From contig CAZJAL010000009.1 of NCBI GenBank assembly GCA_964544175.1, positions 9,818 through 73,817 on the forward strand: DNA of 64,000 bases, written 5' to 3'. The first letter of the stretch is position 1. Each line of letters begins with the position of its first letter. A program made the position numbers and the translations under genes. Source of the stretch: an uncultured Limnohabitans sp. (GTDB taxonomy: Bacteria; Pseudomonadota; Gammaproteobacteria; Burkholderiales; Burkholderiaceae_C). Below, in pieces: positions 18,364-28,704 of the stretch. The notes beneath the pieces are model-generated. The model saw nothing but the letters and a program-made list of their open reading frames with translations. It searched no databases and was not told where the DNA came from.

Positions 18364-19562
18364 GGCGTGTGCTGGGCCAGGTAGGCGATGGCAGCGGCCA
18401 TGCCATGGGGTCCATATGGAATTTTTTGAACCGTCATGGCTGCTTCAATACCTGCCAGTGCGCCCAAAATCATGGGCTCGTTCATATCGCCCAAGTGGCC
18501 AATTCTAAAAACGCGGCCTGCAAGTGGCCCCAGACCACCGGCCATGGCAACTTGGAATTTTTCGCGTGCTACAACACGCAGGGCCTCGGGGTCTATGCCG
18601 GGTGCTACTTCAACGGCTGTAACTGACGAAGAAAATCCCAATGGATCTTTGCAATGAAGTTTGACGGCGCCAGCCGTTGACCAGCATCGCACGGCGGCTT
18701 GCACGGCTTGACCCAAGCGGTGGTGTCTGGCAAAAACAGCCTCCAATCCCTCGGCCTTTAGCAGGCCCAGTGACGCCTCCAACCCAGCAAGGTGCGCAAG
18801 TGGCGGTGTGCCGCAAAATTTGGCAGACTGATTGTCTGTTTTGCGCTCTAACCAGCTCCAGTAGAAGCGCGGCTTGGCATGCTGTTTTGACCATTCGAAG
18901 GCTTTGGCATTGGCTGCCACAAAGCCCAAACCAGGCGGCATCATGAGCCCTTTTTGTGAGCTGCCCAAGCAAACGTCGACGCCCAGTGCATCCATGTCGA
19001 AGGGGGTGGCAGCTAAAGACGCCACGACATCGACCACAAACAATGCAGGATGTCCTACGCGGTTGATGGCTTGACGAATGGCCGCCATGTCACTGGTCAT
19101 GCCACTGGCGGTGTCCGTTTGAACAGCCATGACAGCAGCAATGCGGTGTTGTGTGTCTGCTTGCAAGGCCGCCTCTATGGCGGCAACATCGATGCGTTGG
19201 CCGTCTTGATGGGGCGTACGGACCACCGACAAGCCTAAAGCCTCTGTTTGAATGGCCCATTGATCTGAGAAATGTCCTGAGCCTGCAATGAGCAAGCTGT
19301 GCTGTTCTGAACCCAAGTTGGCGGCAACTGCCTCCCACACGCCGTGGCCATTGCTGGCGTAAAAGTAAACATCTGATTGAGGCGACTTCAGCAAGTCTTT
19401 CATGCCCTTTTCGCAAGCTGCAATGAGGGCACCAACACGTGGATCGGCCAAATCGGTCATGGGACGCTGCATGGCATGCATGACCTCATCGGGCACGTGG
19501 GTGGGGCCTGGCGAGTGAACAAAGCGAATGCCAGGCAGGCGAGGTGTAATGAGGGAACTCAT
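18360..19562 (-). CDS. class V aminotransferase (alanine/serine-glyoxylate aminotransferase family)
   Basis: The track ORF extends to 20009, but that extension lies antisense to the divergent MFS gene. The sensible start is MSSLITPRLPGIRFVHSPGPTHVPDEV at 19562. PLP-type region GSSQKGLMMPPGLG. Confidence 0.8.
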   Translation of the reverse strand: MSSLITPRLPGIRFVHSPGPTHVPDEVMHAMQRPMTDLADPRVGALIAACEKGMKDLLKSPQSDVYFYASNGHGVWEAVAANLGSEQHSLLIAGSGHFSDQWAIQTEALGLSVVRTPHQDGQRIDVAAIEAALQADTQHRIAAVMAVQTDTASGMTSDMAAIRQAINRVGHPALFVVDVVASLAATPFDMDALGVDVCLGSSQKGLMMPPGLGFVAANAKAFEWSKQHAKPRFYWSWLERKTDNQSAKFCGTPPLAHLAGLEASLGLLKAEGLEAVFARHHRLGQAVQAAVRCWSTAGAVKLHCKDPLGFSSSVTAVEVAPGIDPEALRVVAREKFQVAMAGGLGPLAGRVFRIGHLGDMNEPMILGALAGIEAAMTVQKIPYGPHGMAAAIAYLAQHTP

Positions 19563-19613
19563 GCGTAGTGCTTTCTGTTTGCTGGCGCCATCGTAGCTGT
19601 TTTTTGGGTCGAC

Positions 19614-20819
19614 ATGTTCATGAGGCGTTATGATTTGAGAATGGAATCTCGCAAAGCTTGGGTAGTGGTTTGGGCAACATTTGTTTGCCTGTCGATCATC
19701 TTTGGTGTGTCTTACTCCTTTGCGGCATTTTTTGAAAACTTTGCCACAGAGTTTGATGCGAAGCGTGCCGATGTGTCGTGGATCTTCGGCATTTGTGGTT
19801 TGGTTTATTTTGTTCTGGGTGCTTTGGGTGGCATGTTGGCCGATCGCTGGGGCCCTCGCATCGTTTGCATGGCGGGCATGGCTTTGATGGCCAGTGGTTT
19901 GTACCTCACCAGCCTGGCGCAATCTCTTTTCACGCTTTACATCAGCTATGGCCTCTTGGTGGGCTTGGGCATTGCGCTGGTCTACACACCTTCCATTGCT
20001 GCTGTTCAACCTTGGTTTCAGAAGCGACGAGGCTTGGCCTCTGGCATTGCAAGCTCAGGTGTGGGCGCAGGCACCTTGGTATTGCCATTGGTGGTGAGCT
20101 ATTTGATGACGCAAATGACTTGGCGTGAAGCGCTGCAAGCCTTGTCCTTAGGTGTTGTCGTGCTTGGACTGATGGCCGCTTTTTTGCTGGAGCGTGCACC
20201 CCATGCTGGTAATGGCTCGCAAGGGTCAGTGCCAGGATTGACGCTCAAAGAAGCCCTGCAAACCCCGACTTTTCGTTGGCTTTACATGGGGACTTTGTTT
20301 GGGGCACCTGTCATGTTTATCCCCTTTGCGCACATTTCTGCGGCGGCTCGCGATGCGGGCGTGCCAGAGGCCCAAGCGGTTGGATTGGTCGGCCTGATTG
20401 GCATTGGTAGCCTGGTGGGGCGGTTTGCCATTGGTTGGTTGGCAGACAGGCTAGGGCGAGTCAGAACCTTGATGCTGATGCAGTCATTGATGGGTCTGTC
20501 GTATCTTATTTGGGCAGTGGCCGAAGACCGTTTGGCATTTGCATTGTTTGCCATCTGGTTTGGCCTGAGTTACGGCAGCATTGTTTCTCTGCTGCCCGCC
20601 ATTTGCATGGATTTATTTGGTGGCAAAGCCGTTGCCGCCATCATTGGGACGCTCTACACGGGCGCCGCATTGGGGAATTTATTAGGCCCAGTCTTGGCAG
20701 GCAAAGTCTTTGATGTGTCAGGGCAGTACACCTGGGTTATTTGGATCACTTTGGGCATTGCCACGGTTGCCACCTTCAGCTGCTGGCGCATCTTGAAATA
20801 TCCGCAGCAATCTTATTAA
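19614..20819 (+). CDS. MFS transporter, oxalate/formate antiporter (OFA)-like
   Basis: 401 aa polytopic ORF with LADRWGPR motif. An alternative start is MESRKAW at 19641. Confidence 0.75.
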   Translation: MFMRRYDLRMESRKAWVVVWATFVCLSIIFGVSYSFAAFFENFATEFDAKRADVSWIFGICGLVYFVLGALGGMLADRWGPRIVCMAGMALMASGLYLTSLAQSLFTLYISYGLLVGLGIALVYTPSIAAVQPWFQKRRGLASGIASSGVGAGTLVLPLVVSYLMTQMTWREALQALSLGVVVLGLMAAFLLERAPHAGNGSQGSVPGLTLKEALQTPTFRWLYMGTLFGAPVMFIPFAHISAAARDAGVPEAQAVGLVGLIGIGSLVGRFAIGWLADRLGRVRTLMLMQSLMGLSYLIWAVAEDRLAFALFAIWFGLSYGSIVSLLPAICMDLFGGKAVAAIIGTLYTGAALGNLLGPVLAGKVFDVSGQYTWVIWITLGIATVATFSCWRILKYPQQSY

Positions 20820-20849
20820 TCCGTTTCTTGCGGTTATTTTTCCTAGGTC

Positions 20850-21596
20850 ATGATGGAATTGAATCAGTATGTGGTGTTGGCCAGTTTGGCGGCTGTGCTC
20901 ATTGGCATGTCCAAAGGGGGCTTGCCTTTGGTGGGCATGATGTCGGTGCCTGTGCTGTCTTTGGTCATGTCGCCCGTCAAGGCTGCGGTGTTGCTGTTGC
21001 CTCTCTTTGTGATTTCTGATGCGGTAGGTGTTTGGCTTTACCGCAAACAATACAGTTTGGTGAATTTAAAAATCTTGATTCCAGCGGGCATTGCGGGTGT
21101 GCTGTTTGGTTGGTTAACGGCCGCCATGATTTCGGAGCAAACCATCAAGTTTTTGATCGGTTTGGTGGGTGTGAGTTTTTGTTTACAGACTTGGTTCAAG
21201 CGCGGTCAAGACCATGCGCCCAAGACGGCTTCTTGGCCCAAGGGACTTTTTTGGGGTGGTGCCGCAGGTTTCACCAGTTTCATTGCGCACGCTGGTGGGC
21301 CGCCTTTTCAAATTTTTGTGTTGCCACAAAAATTGCCCAAAGCCGAATTTGCGGGCACTGCCACCATATTGTTTGTCATTATCAATGTGGCAAAAATAGG
21401 TCCCTATCAAAACCTGAGCCCCTACAGTGAAGAAGATTTTTGGAAGATTGCTGTCTTGGTGCCGTTCGCACTTTTGGGCACATTTTTAGGCGCTTACCTC
21501 ACCAAGCGCATTGCCGATGCTTGGTTTTTCAAGTTGGTCCAACTTGGGCTTTTCTTGCTGTCGATCAAGTTAATTCATGATGCGATCTTTGGCTAA
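20850..21596 (+). CDS. TauE/SafE-family (DUF81) anion exporter
   Basis: 248 aa membrane protein with an internal repeat and GMSKGGLPLVG and HAGGPPFQIF motifs. Confidence 0.8.
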   Translation: MMELNQYVVLASLAAVLIGMSKGGLPLVGMMSVPVLSLVMSPVKAAVLLLPLFVISDAVGVWLYRKQYSLVNLKILIPAGIAGVLFGWLTAAMISEQTIKFLIGLVGVSFCLQTWFKRGQDHAPKTASWPKGLFWGGAAGFTSFIAHAGGPPFQIFVLPQKLPKAEFAGTATILFVIINVAKIGPYQNLSPYSEEDFWKIAVLVPFALLGTFLGAYLTKRIADAWFFKLVQLGLFLLSIKLIHDAIFG

Positions 21597-21698
21597 GCTG
21601 ATGTTTTTATTTGAATTTTAAGCCGATAGTTGTTAATCAACCATTAGTTTGATAGCATATTGTTTTTCAACATTAAGTTTATTAACTAGAGGTTTTTA

Positions 21699-22097
21699 AT
21701 GAACAAAGTCATTTTGCGTGCCATTACCGCTTACTCACGCACTGACATGAAATCCTCCGACAACGCAAGCGTGAGTGTGCGAGGCATCGAGAAAGAATGG
21801 CTTGGAAAAGCCTATGTCTTGTTAGAAGATGATGCATCCCATCAACTCATGGCTGTTTACCGTTGTATGAACAGAGGCGAGTTAAAAAGGCTTAAGCGTT
21901 GGCCACCTGGCCTCACCGAGAAAGCGCCAGTGCCCGCAGTAACAACCAAGACTAAGCGCGAAACAGTGCCAGCCATTTTGGAGTTGTCTCCTATCAAAGG
22001 GGCGTCCAAAACAGAGGCGACTCCCAAGACCAAAAACAAATCCAAGTTGCGAGCTGAGAACAAGCAACAAACTGATCTTTTTGATGGTTCGAATTGA
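21699..22097 (+). CDS. hypothetical protein with compact N-domain and Lys/Thr/Pro-rich tail
   Basis: 132 aa ORF in a locally AT-rich stretch, with AGAGG 7 nt upstream of the ATG. No family recognised. Confidence 0.45.
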   Translation: MNKVILRAITAYSRTDMKSSDNASVSVRGIEKEWLGKAYVLLEDDASHQLMAVYRCMNRGELKRLKRWPPGLTEKAPVPAVTTKTKRETVPAILELSPIKGASKTEATPKTKNKSKLRAENKQQTDLFDGSN

Positions 22098-22100
22098 ACG

Positions 22101-22127
22101 AAAAAAAACCCGCTTGCGCGGCTTTTT
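22101..22127. terminator. bidirectional intrinsic terminator candidate (A8-CCGC-TTGC-GCGG-C-T5)
   Basis: Short GC stem flanked by an A-run and a T-run, between convergent genes 21699-22097 and icd. On the minus strand it reads GCCGCGCAAGCGGG followed by T8. Confidence 0.5.
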
Positions 22128-22168
22128 GGGTTGATCACAGAGGGGTTTGTCGCCCCCCTGAAAACACT

Positions 22169-24406
22169 TTAGACTTTTGCAGCTTGAATGATGCTGTTGA
22201 AAGTAGGGCTGGGGCACATGGCCTTGTCCAACAACTCGCGCGAAGGCATGAAGTAGCCGCCGATGTCGACAGGCTTTCCTTGAACAGCTTTCAATTCCTC
22301 AACAATTTTCTTTTCGTTGTCGGTCAGTGCTTTGGCCAAAGGTGCAAATTTGGCTTGTAATTCTTTGTCTGCGGTTTGTGCAGCCAGTTCTTGTGCCCAG
22401 TACATCGCCAAATAAAATTGGCTGCCACGATTGTCCAATTCGCCCGTTTTGGGTGAAGGATTTTTGTTGTTGGCCAACAATGTGCCAGTGGCTGCATCCA
22501 AAGTCTTAGAAAGCAACTTGGCTTTTTCATTGCCGTTTTTAATGCCCAAGTCTTCGAAAGACACGGCCAAAGCCATGAACTCACCCAATGAGTCCCAACG
22601 CAAATGGTTTTCTTCAACCAGTTGCTGGACGTGCTTGGGGGCAGAACCACCAGCACCTGTTTCGTACATACCGCCACCAGCCATCAAGGGCACGATGGAG
22701 AGCATTTTGGCGCTGGTACCCAGTTCCATGATGGGGAACAAGTCGGTCAGGTAGTCACGCAAAATATTGCCAGTGGCGCTGATGGTGTCCAAGCCACGCA
22801 CGACACGCTCAAGGGTGTAACGCATGGCGCGCACTTGGCTCATGATTTGGATGTCCAAACCAGTGATGTCGTGCTCGTGCAGATACATCTTCACCTTGCG
22901 GATCAGTTGGGCTTCGTGGGGACGGTATGCGTCCAACCAGAACACCACAGGCATGCCAGAGTTGCGAGCGCGATTGACGGCCAACTTGACCCAGTCACGA
23001 ATGGGGGCGTCTTTGACCTCACACATACGCCAGATGTCGCCGGCTTCAACGTTTTGGCTCAGCAACACTTCACCCGTTTCAATGTCTGTGATGTTGGCCA
23101 CACCGTCTTCAGAAATTTCGAAAGTCTTATCGTGTGAACCGTATTCCTCAGCTTGTTGAGCCATCAGACCCACGTTAGGCACAGTGCCCATTGTTTTGGG
23201 GTCGAACGCGCCATGCCACTTGCAGAAATTGATCATCTCTTGGTAAATACGGGCGAAAGTAGACTCAGGCATGACTGCCTTGACATCTTGCAATCGACCC
23301 GCTGCATCCCACATTTTGCCGCCGTTGCGAATCATGGCAGGCATTGAAGCATCGACGATCACGTCGTTGGGGGAATGGAAATTGGTAATGCCTTTGGCTG
23401 AATCAACCATGGCCAAACCAGGGCGGTGTTCATGACATGCATGCAAGTCGCGCATGATTTCTTCACGCTTGGAATCGGGCAGGTTGGCAATCTTGTTGTA
23501 CAAGTCGACCATGCCGTTGTTGACGTTCACGCCCAAGCTGTCAAAGAGTTCTTTGTGCTTTTTGAAGGCATCTTTGTAGAAGATCTTGACGCAGTGACCA
23601 AACACGATGGGGTGGGACACCTTCATCATGGTGGCTTTGACGTGCAAAGAGAACATCACGCCTGTTTTGTGCGCGTCTTCAATTTCTTTTTCGTAGAAAG
23701 CTTCCAAAGCTTTCTTGCTCATGAACATGCTGTCAATGACTTCGCGGTCAACCAGAGAAACCTTTGGTTTGAGGATGATGGTCTTGCCACTCTTGGTGAT
23801 CAATTCCATCTTGACATCGCGAGCACGTTCAACTGTCATGGATTTTTCGCCATGGTAGAAGTCGCCATGGTGCATGTGCGACACGTGCGAGCGAGAGGCT
23901 TGGCTCCACTCTGCCATGCTGTGTGGGTTTTTACGTGCGAACTCTTTCACAGCGCGAGGAGCGCGGCGATCGGAGTTGCCTTCACGCAAAACTGGGTTGA
24001 CGGCTGAGCCGGTGCACTTGGAGTAGCGGGCTTTGATCTCTTTCTCTTGATCGTTCTTTGGATTGTCTGGGTAGTCGGGCAAGGCATAGCCTTTGGACTG
24101 CAACTCTTTGATAGCAAGGTTCAACTGGCCCACGGAAGCACTGATGTTGGGCAATTTGATGATGTTGGCTTCGGGGCGGAGGGTTAATTTGCCCAAAATG
24201 GCCAAGTTGTTGGGAATGCGCTGTGCCTCTGGCAACATGTCAGAGAATTCGCCCAAAATACGTGCGGCAAGTGAAATGTCACTGGCTTCTACTTCAACAC
24301 CAGCAGGGGATGCGAAGGTACGAATGACAGGCAAAAAGGCCGCTGTAGCCAGCAAAGGGGCTTCATCGGTCAGTGTGTAAATGATTTTTGATTTTTCGTT
24401 GGCCAT
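22169..24406 (-). CDS. icd: monomeric NADP-dependent isocitrate dehydrogenase
   Basis: 745 aa, [31 protein letters not shown]... The length and sequence are characteristic of the monomeric IDH class. Confidence 0.95.
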   Translation of the reverse strand: MANEKSKIIYTLTDEAPLLATAAFLPVIRTFASPAGVEVEASDISLAARILGEFSDMLPEAQRIPNNLAILGKLTLRPEANIIKLPNISASVGQLNLAIKELQSKGYALPDYPDNPKNDQEKEIKARYSKCTGSAVNPVLREGNSDRRAPRAVKEFARKNPHSMAEWSQASRSHVSHMHHGDFYHGEKSMTVERARDVKMELITKSGKTIILKPKVSLVDREVIDSMFMSKKALEAFYEKEIEDAHKTGVMFSLHVKATMMKVSHPIVFGHCVKIFYKDAFKKHKELFDSLGVNVNNGMVDLYNKIANLPDSKREEIMRDLHACHEHRPGLAMVDSAKGITNFHSPNDVIVDASMPAMIRNGGKMWDAAGRLQDVKAVMPESTFARIYQEMINFCKWHGAFDPKTMGTVPNVGLMAQQAEEYGSHDKTFEISEDGVANITDIETGEVLLSQNVEAGDIWRMCEVKDAPIRDWVKLAVNRARNSGMPVVFWLDAYRPHEAQLIRKVKMYLHEHDITGLDIQIMSQVRAMRYTLERVVRGLDTISATGNILRDYLTDLFPIMELGTSAKMLSIVPLMAGGGMYETGAGGSAPKHVQQLVEENHLRWDSLGEFMALAVSFEDLGIKNGNEKAKLLSKTLDAATGTLLANNKNPSPKTGELDNRGSQFYLAMYWAQELAAQTADKELQAKFAPLAKALTDNEKKIVEELKAVQGKPVDIGGYFMPSRELLDKAMCPSPTFNSIIQAAKV

Positions 24407-24553
24407 TTTCTTCCTCGTTTTTGTAGTGCAACTCTTATTCGTGCAACTCAGTATTAGATCTTAAATCGGGTGCCTGACGCTTCGCTGATGTGAGAGAAAT
24501 TCCATATTTTCAGGGGTCATTTCGCAAGATGAAATATGGAGGTGAGCAAATGC

Positions 24554-24991
24554 TTATTGAACCGACAGCAGTTCGACGTCAAAGACCAAGGCAGAGTTGG
24601 GTGGTATCAGGCCGCCCCCCACAATAGAACTGCCATACCCCAAGGCGCTTGGAATGATTAAAGTTCGTTTGCCCCCGACTTTCATACCCACCATGCCTTG
24701 GTCCCATCCAGCAATAACCTGACCGGCGCCTAGCTTGAAGCTGAAGGGGGCTCGGCCAATTGATGTATCAAACTGCTTGCCATGGTTTTGCGCAGCCGCT
24801 GCATCGTAAAGCCAACCTGTGTAGTTGACGGTGAGGGTGTTGCCTGCAACCGCGGTAGCGCCGGTACCCATCAGGTTGTCTGTTATTTGCAATTGCGTGG
24901 GACCCGCTGGCGTGTTGTCATTGCCGCCACCACAGGCAGAGAGCAAAGTCGCTAAAACTAAAGTAATGCTGAAGAGGAGTTTTGTCATCAT
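24554..24991 (-). CDS. FKBP-type peptidyl-prolyl cis-trans isomerase, lipoprotein
   Basis: Start at MMTKLLFSITLVLATLLSACGG (lipobox). FKBP core NYTGWLYD...FKLGAGQVIAGWDQGMVGMKVGGKRTLIIP...LVFDVELL. Confidence 0.85.
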   Translation of the reverse strand: MMTKLLFSITLVLATLLSACGGGNDNTPAGPTQLQITDNLMGTGATAVAGNTLTVNYTGWLYDAAAAQNHGKQFDTSIGRAPFSFKLGAGQVIAGWDQGMVGMKVGGKRTLIIPSALGYGSSIVGGGLIPPNSALVFDVELLSVQ

Positions 24992-25019
24992 GAAGCTCTG
25001 ATTTAGAAAGTGATTTTGA

Positions 25020-25355
25020 TCAAGCTTTTCGCACAAACTCAGTTTTGAGTTGCATAGCGCCGAAACCGTCAATTTTGCAGTCGATGTCGTGGTCACCATC
25101 GATCAAACGAATGTTTTTCACTTTGGTACCCACCTTGATCACATTCGATGATCCTTTGAGCTTGAGGTCCTTGATCAAAGTGACGGTGTCGCCGTCTTGA
25201 AGGATGTTCCCCGAGGCGTCTTTGAAAACTTTAGTTGCTTCAACTTCGGTCTGAACTTGTTGCGGCCACTCATGAGCGCACTCAGGACAGACAAAATTAT
25301 CGCCATCTTCGTATGTCAATACAGATTGGCATTTGGGGCAGTTGGGCAAGGTCAT
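25020..25355 (-). CDS. PhnA/YjdM-family zinc-ribbon protein
   Basis: 111 aa with [30 protein letters not shown] followed by an SH3-like C-domain ([17 protein letters not shown]). Confidence 0.85.
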   Translation of the reverse strand: MTLPNCPKCQSVLTYEDGDNFVCPECAHEWPQQVQTEVEATKVFKDASGNILQDGDTVTLIKDLKLKGSSNVIKVGTKVKNIRLIDGDHDIDCKIDGFGAMQLKTEFVRKA

Positions 25356-25501
25356 GAGTCAGGACAAGGAGTTACAACAGCCTTGAACTTTAGCACCTGA
25401 CCATCTGTGCTGTGATTCATTGAACACGCCATCAAGTACCCCAGCAAATCCTTTTGATGGGCTTGTGATGCAAATCGTTTGAAGTTTTCTCTTTTGCTAA
25501 A

Positions 25502-26389
25502 TTAAATTTGCGATCGAAAGGCCTTAGGCGATATGCCTGCATCTCTGGTAAATACCCTCGAAAAATAGGCGGGATCCGAAAATCCCAATGTGTAAGCAAT
25601 GCTAGAAACGCTCAGATTTGTATAAGCTAAATTTCGACGTGCCTCACGCATCAGGCGTGCTTCAATCATGCGCAAAGCACTCATGCCATTGGCTGCACGT
25701 GTCAGCCTGCTCAAATGGGTGGGCGAGATTGACAAGGTTTTGGCGTATTGGCTTACCTTCCAATGCGAAGCAAAGTTTTGCTCAATCAAGGCTTTAAAGC
25801 GTTGCACCAAGACAGAGTCGTTGACTTGGGCATCACCGATGGAGGCTGCTGCAAGTTGCCTTGCAACCCAGGCTAGCAGTACGCCACTGAGCCCCCTCAG
25901 CATCAAGGCTCGGGCTTTTTCTTGGGATGAAAATTCAAGCCAAATTTGTTGCACCGTTTTGGCGATGAATACGTCAGACTGCAAAACTGTTGCTTGATTG
26001 ATTTCCGATCGTTTCGTACCTACTCCCACCAACAGTTCGTCGATCAACTCGTCTGCTATGGTGGTGACCCAACCCCGTGTGTCTTTTTCAAATCTAAACG
26101 AGTGCACATGGTTGGGTGGCACATTGACCAATGAACCTTGCGACAGTGGGTGGGCCTTGCCATCCAATGTGACTGAGCCACCCCCTTTTTCAACCAACAA
26201 AACCTGATGCAGTCGCGCGTGCCTGTGGGGTGCCAACTCCCAATCGTGCAAGACCGAGCGATCGGCAATGGTTTCGCAGTGCAGCACATCTGGTAAATGT
26301 GTAGATTCTCCAAATAGGCTATAGCTCTGTACATTTGAAAGGCGTATTTTCATGTTCGAAATGTACAAGTTTTTGGCTGTTTCAGCCAT
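25502..26389 (-). CDS. pobR: AraC-family transcriptional regulator (PobR-like by position)
   Basis: 295 aa with a cupin-like N-domain and C-terminal AraC HTH (YAKTLSISPTHLSRLTR..., IAYTLGFSDPAYFSRVF). It is divergent from pobA. Confidence 0.75.
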   Translation of the reverse strand: MAETAKNLYISNMKIRLSNVQSYSLFGESTHLPDVLHCETIADRSVLHDWELAPHRHARLHQVLLVEKGGGSVTLDGKAHPLSQGSLVNVPPNHVHSFRFEKDTRGWVTTIADELIDELLVGVGTKRSEINQATVLQSDVFIAKTVQQIWLEFSSQEKARALMLRGLSGVLLAWVARQLAAASIGDAQVNDSVLVQRFKALIEQNFASHWKVSQYAKTLSISPTHLSRLTRAANGMSALRMIEARLMREARRNLAYTNLSVSSIAYTLGFSDPAYFSRVFTRDAGISPKAFRSQI

Positions 26390-26467
26390 TCCTGTCTAGC
26401 GGCTAAAGGCGTATCTTTCACTTCTTTAGGCTTAATTGACCCAAGTCAAGATCAACGGAGACTCAAT

Positions 26468-27640
26468 ATGAAAACTCAAGTTTGCATTATCGGTGGCGGT
26501 CCTTCTGGGCTCTTGCTGTCCCAGTTGCTGCACCTCAAGGGCATCGAGACCGTGGTGCTTGAGCGTCAAACGCGTGACTACGTGCTCAGCCGAATTCGCG
26601 CAGGTGTCTTGGAAAATGGTTTTTCCCAATTGATGCGCGAAGCGCAGTGCGGCGAGCGCATGGACCGAGAAGGCGAAATTCACGATGGTTTCTTTTTGTC
26701 GCATGGCGATCAATTGAACAGGGTTGATTTGCACAAATACAGCAACGGCCGTTCGGTCATGGTTTATGGTCAAACTGAATTGACCCGTGACTTGTACGAA
26801 GCACGTGACCGCATGAATGGCATCGTGATTCACAGCGCCGAAGATGTTCAACCTCACGATTTAAAGTCAGACAAGCCATACGTCACATACATGGTGGGTG
26901 GAGAGGCCAAGCGCATTGATTGTGATTTCATCATTGGTGCCGATGGCTTTCACGGTGTTAGCCGCAAGTCCATTCCAAGTGATGTGATCAAAGAGTACGA
27001 GAAGGTCTATCCCTTTGGCTGGTTGGGCGTGTTGTCGCGGACCAAACCCGTGTCACCCGAATTGATCTATGCCAAGCACACCAGAGGGTTTGCGTTGTGC
27101 TCGCTGCGTTCTCAGGTTTTAAGTCGTTATTACATTCAAGTGCCACTGACAGACAAAGTAGAAGACTGGTCTGATGAGGCATTTTGGGATGAGTTGAAAC
27201 GCCGTTTGCCTGCCGAGGTTTCAGCAAAATTGATCACTGGCCCCACCATTGAAAAGTCCATCGCACCTTTGCGTTCTTTTGTGGCCGAGCCCATGCGATA
27301 TGGCAACTTGTTCTTGGCGGGTGACGCTGCGCACATCGTGCCGCCCACGGGAGCCCGTGGACTGAACACGGCAGGCTCTGACATTTATTACCTGTACCAC
27401 GGCTTTGTGGACCACTACTTGAAAGGTGACAGCGCTGGCTTGGACAATTATTCACAAAAGGCCTTAGGCCGCGTTTGGAAAGCGCAGCGCTTCTCTTGGT
27501 GGCTGACCACTTTGTTGCACACCTTTCCCGATTCGAGCGAATATGATCAAAAGCTGCAAGAGATCGAAATGTCTTACTTGTTCTCATCTGATGCAGCCCA
27601 AAGCTCGCTAGCTGAAAACTACGTCGGTTTGCCTTTTTGA
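26468..27640 (+). CDS. pobA: 4-hydroxybenzoate 3-monooxygenase
   Basis: 390 aa with MKTQVCIIGGGPSGLLLSQLL, GADGFHGVSR and LAGDAAHIVPPTGARGLN, characteristic of PHBH. Confidence 0.9.
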   Translation: MKTQVCIIGGGPSGLLLSQLLHLKGIETVVLERQTRDYVLSRIRAGVLENGFSQLMREAQCGERMDREGEIHDGFFLSHGDQLNRVDLHKYSNGRSVMVYGQTELTRDLYEARDRMNGIVIHSAEDVQPHDLKSDKPYVTYMVGGEAKRIDCDFIIGADGFHGVSRKSIPSDVIKEYEKVYPFGWLGVLSRTKPVSPELIYAKHTRGFALCSLRSQVLSRYYIQVPLTDKVEDWSDEAFWDELKRRLPAEVSAKLITGPTIEKSIAPLRSFVAEPMRYGNLFLAGDAAHIVPPTGARGLNTAGSDIYYLYHGFVDHYLKGDSAGLDNYSQKALGRVWKAQRFSWWLTTLLHTFPDSSEYDQKLQEIEMSYLFSSDAAQSSLAENYVGLPF

Positions 27641-27655
27641 GTTTGCCTTTTTGAT

Positions 27656-28594
27656 TTAACCACTGGACTTTTCCTCGGCACCTGCGGCCTGGTCACCAAA
27701 CAGTTTGCGCATCAGCTGACGGAGCCACTGGTGACCTGGATCGCGGTGAAGTCGTCCATGCCAACACTGATGAATGGCGCTGTTGTCGATTTTGATAGGC
27801 AAGTCGCGCATTGTCAGGTCGAAGGGCTTGACAATGCGCAGCGCAAATCGCTCCGGCACCGTGGCAATTAAATTGGAATGTTGTAGTACATCCCCAAGCG
27901 CCACGTAGTGGGGAACGGTCAGCCTGACTTTACGCTGATGCTTTTGTTTGTCCAATGCAAGATCGACACGACCATGCCCTGTGCCTGTGGCCAAAACACG
28001 CACATGCTCGGCAGCAAAGAGGGCGGAAACGGTCAGTGACTTTTGCTGCGCCAAAGGGTGTTTTTGACGCATCAGACAAACGTATTTTTGTTTGAACAAG
28101 GATTGCTGAAAAAACCCGGCTTGAAGTTGTGGCAACAAGCCCATGGCCAAATCAATTTGGCCGTTCGACATGTCCTCTTTAAGTGAAGACTGCGCAACGC
28201 TGACCACTTGCAATGTAACGCCAGGGGCCGCATGTGCAAGCGCATCCATCAAGACGGGCAAAAAATACATTTCTCCAACATCGGTCAGGGCGATGGTGAA
28301 GTTTCGAGTGCTGGTCTTGGGATCGAAAGCGCCTCGCACAGTCAACGCTTGCTGTATGCCGTCCATGGCCATGGCCACCGGTGCTGCCAGTTGAAGCGCG
28401 TAGGGCGTTGGCGTCATGCCGGCTTGCGTGCGAATAAACAACTCGTCATTCAAACTTGACCTGAGTCGGCCCAGTGCACTGCTGACGGCGGGTTGGCTCA
28501 TGTTCAACAGCTCTGCAACTGCTGAAACTCGTTTCAGAATGAGCAAATGGTGAAAAACCAAGAGCAAATTGAGGTCCAGTTTGGCCAATTCCAT
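27656..28594 (-). CDS. LysR-family transcriptional regulator
   Basis: 312 aa with N-terminal HTH LLVFHHLLILKRVSAVAELLNMSQPAVSSALGRLR. It is divergent from the Rieske oxygenase genes. Confidence 0.9.
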   Translation of the reverse strand: MELAKLDLNLLLVFHHLLILKRVSAVAELLNMSQPAVSSALGRLRSSLNDELFIRTQAGMTPTPYALQLAAPVAMAMDGIQQALTVRGAFDPKTSTRNFTIALTDVGEMYFLPVLMDALAHAAPGVTLQVVSVAQSSLKEDMSNGQIDLAMGLLPQLQAGFFQQSLFKQKYVCLMRQKHPLAQQKSLTVSALFAAEHVRVLATGTGHGRVDLALDKQKHQRKVRLTVPHYVALGDVLQHSNLIATVPERFALRIVKPFDLTMRDLPIKIDNSAIHQCWHGRLHRDPGHQWLRQLMRKLFGDQAAGAEEKSSG

Positions 28595-28604
28595 AAGGCG
28601 CTGT

Positions 28605-28625
28605 ATTATTTGATAATCAAATAAT
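28605..28625. promoter_or_regulatory. 21-bp palindrome ATTATTTGAT-A-ATCAAATAAT, LysR-type binding site candidate
   Basis: Perfect 10-bp arms read directly, 11 nt upstream of the LysR start and ~80 nt upstream of the oxygenase alpha gene. It contains a T-N11-A arrangement. Confidence 0.55.
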
Positions 28626-28704
28626 GATTATATGTAAATTATGATTTACTTAATTTGAGTGAGTGGCATGATGCATGTCAAGAATCTTGTGGAGACAAAC
28701 ACAC

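Noticed and set aside
19563-20009. A 149-aa N-terminal extension of the aminotransferase ORF (the track gives 18360-20009).
   Set aside because: The extension is antisense to the divergent MFS gene and has a nonsense-like composition. The aminotransferase homology begins at MSSLITP (19562).
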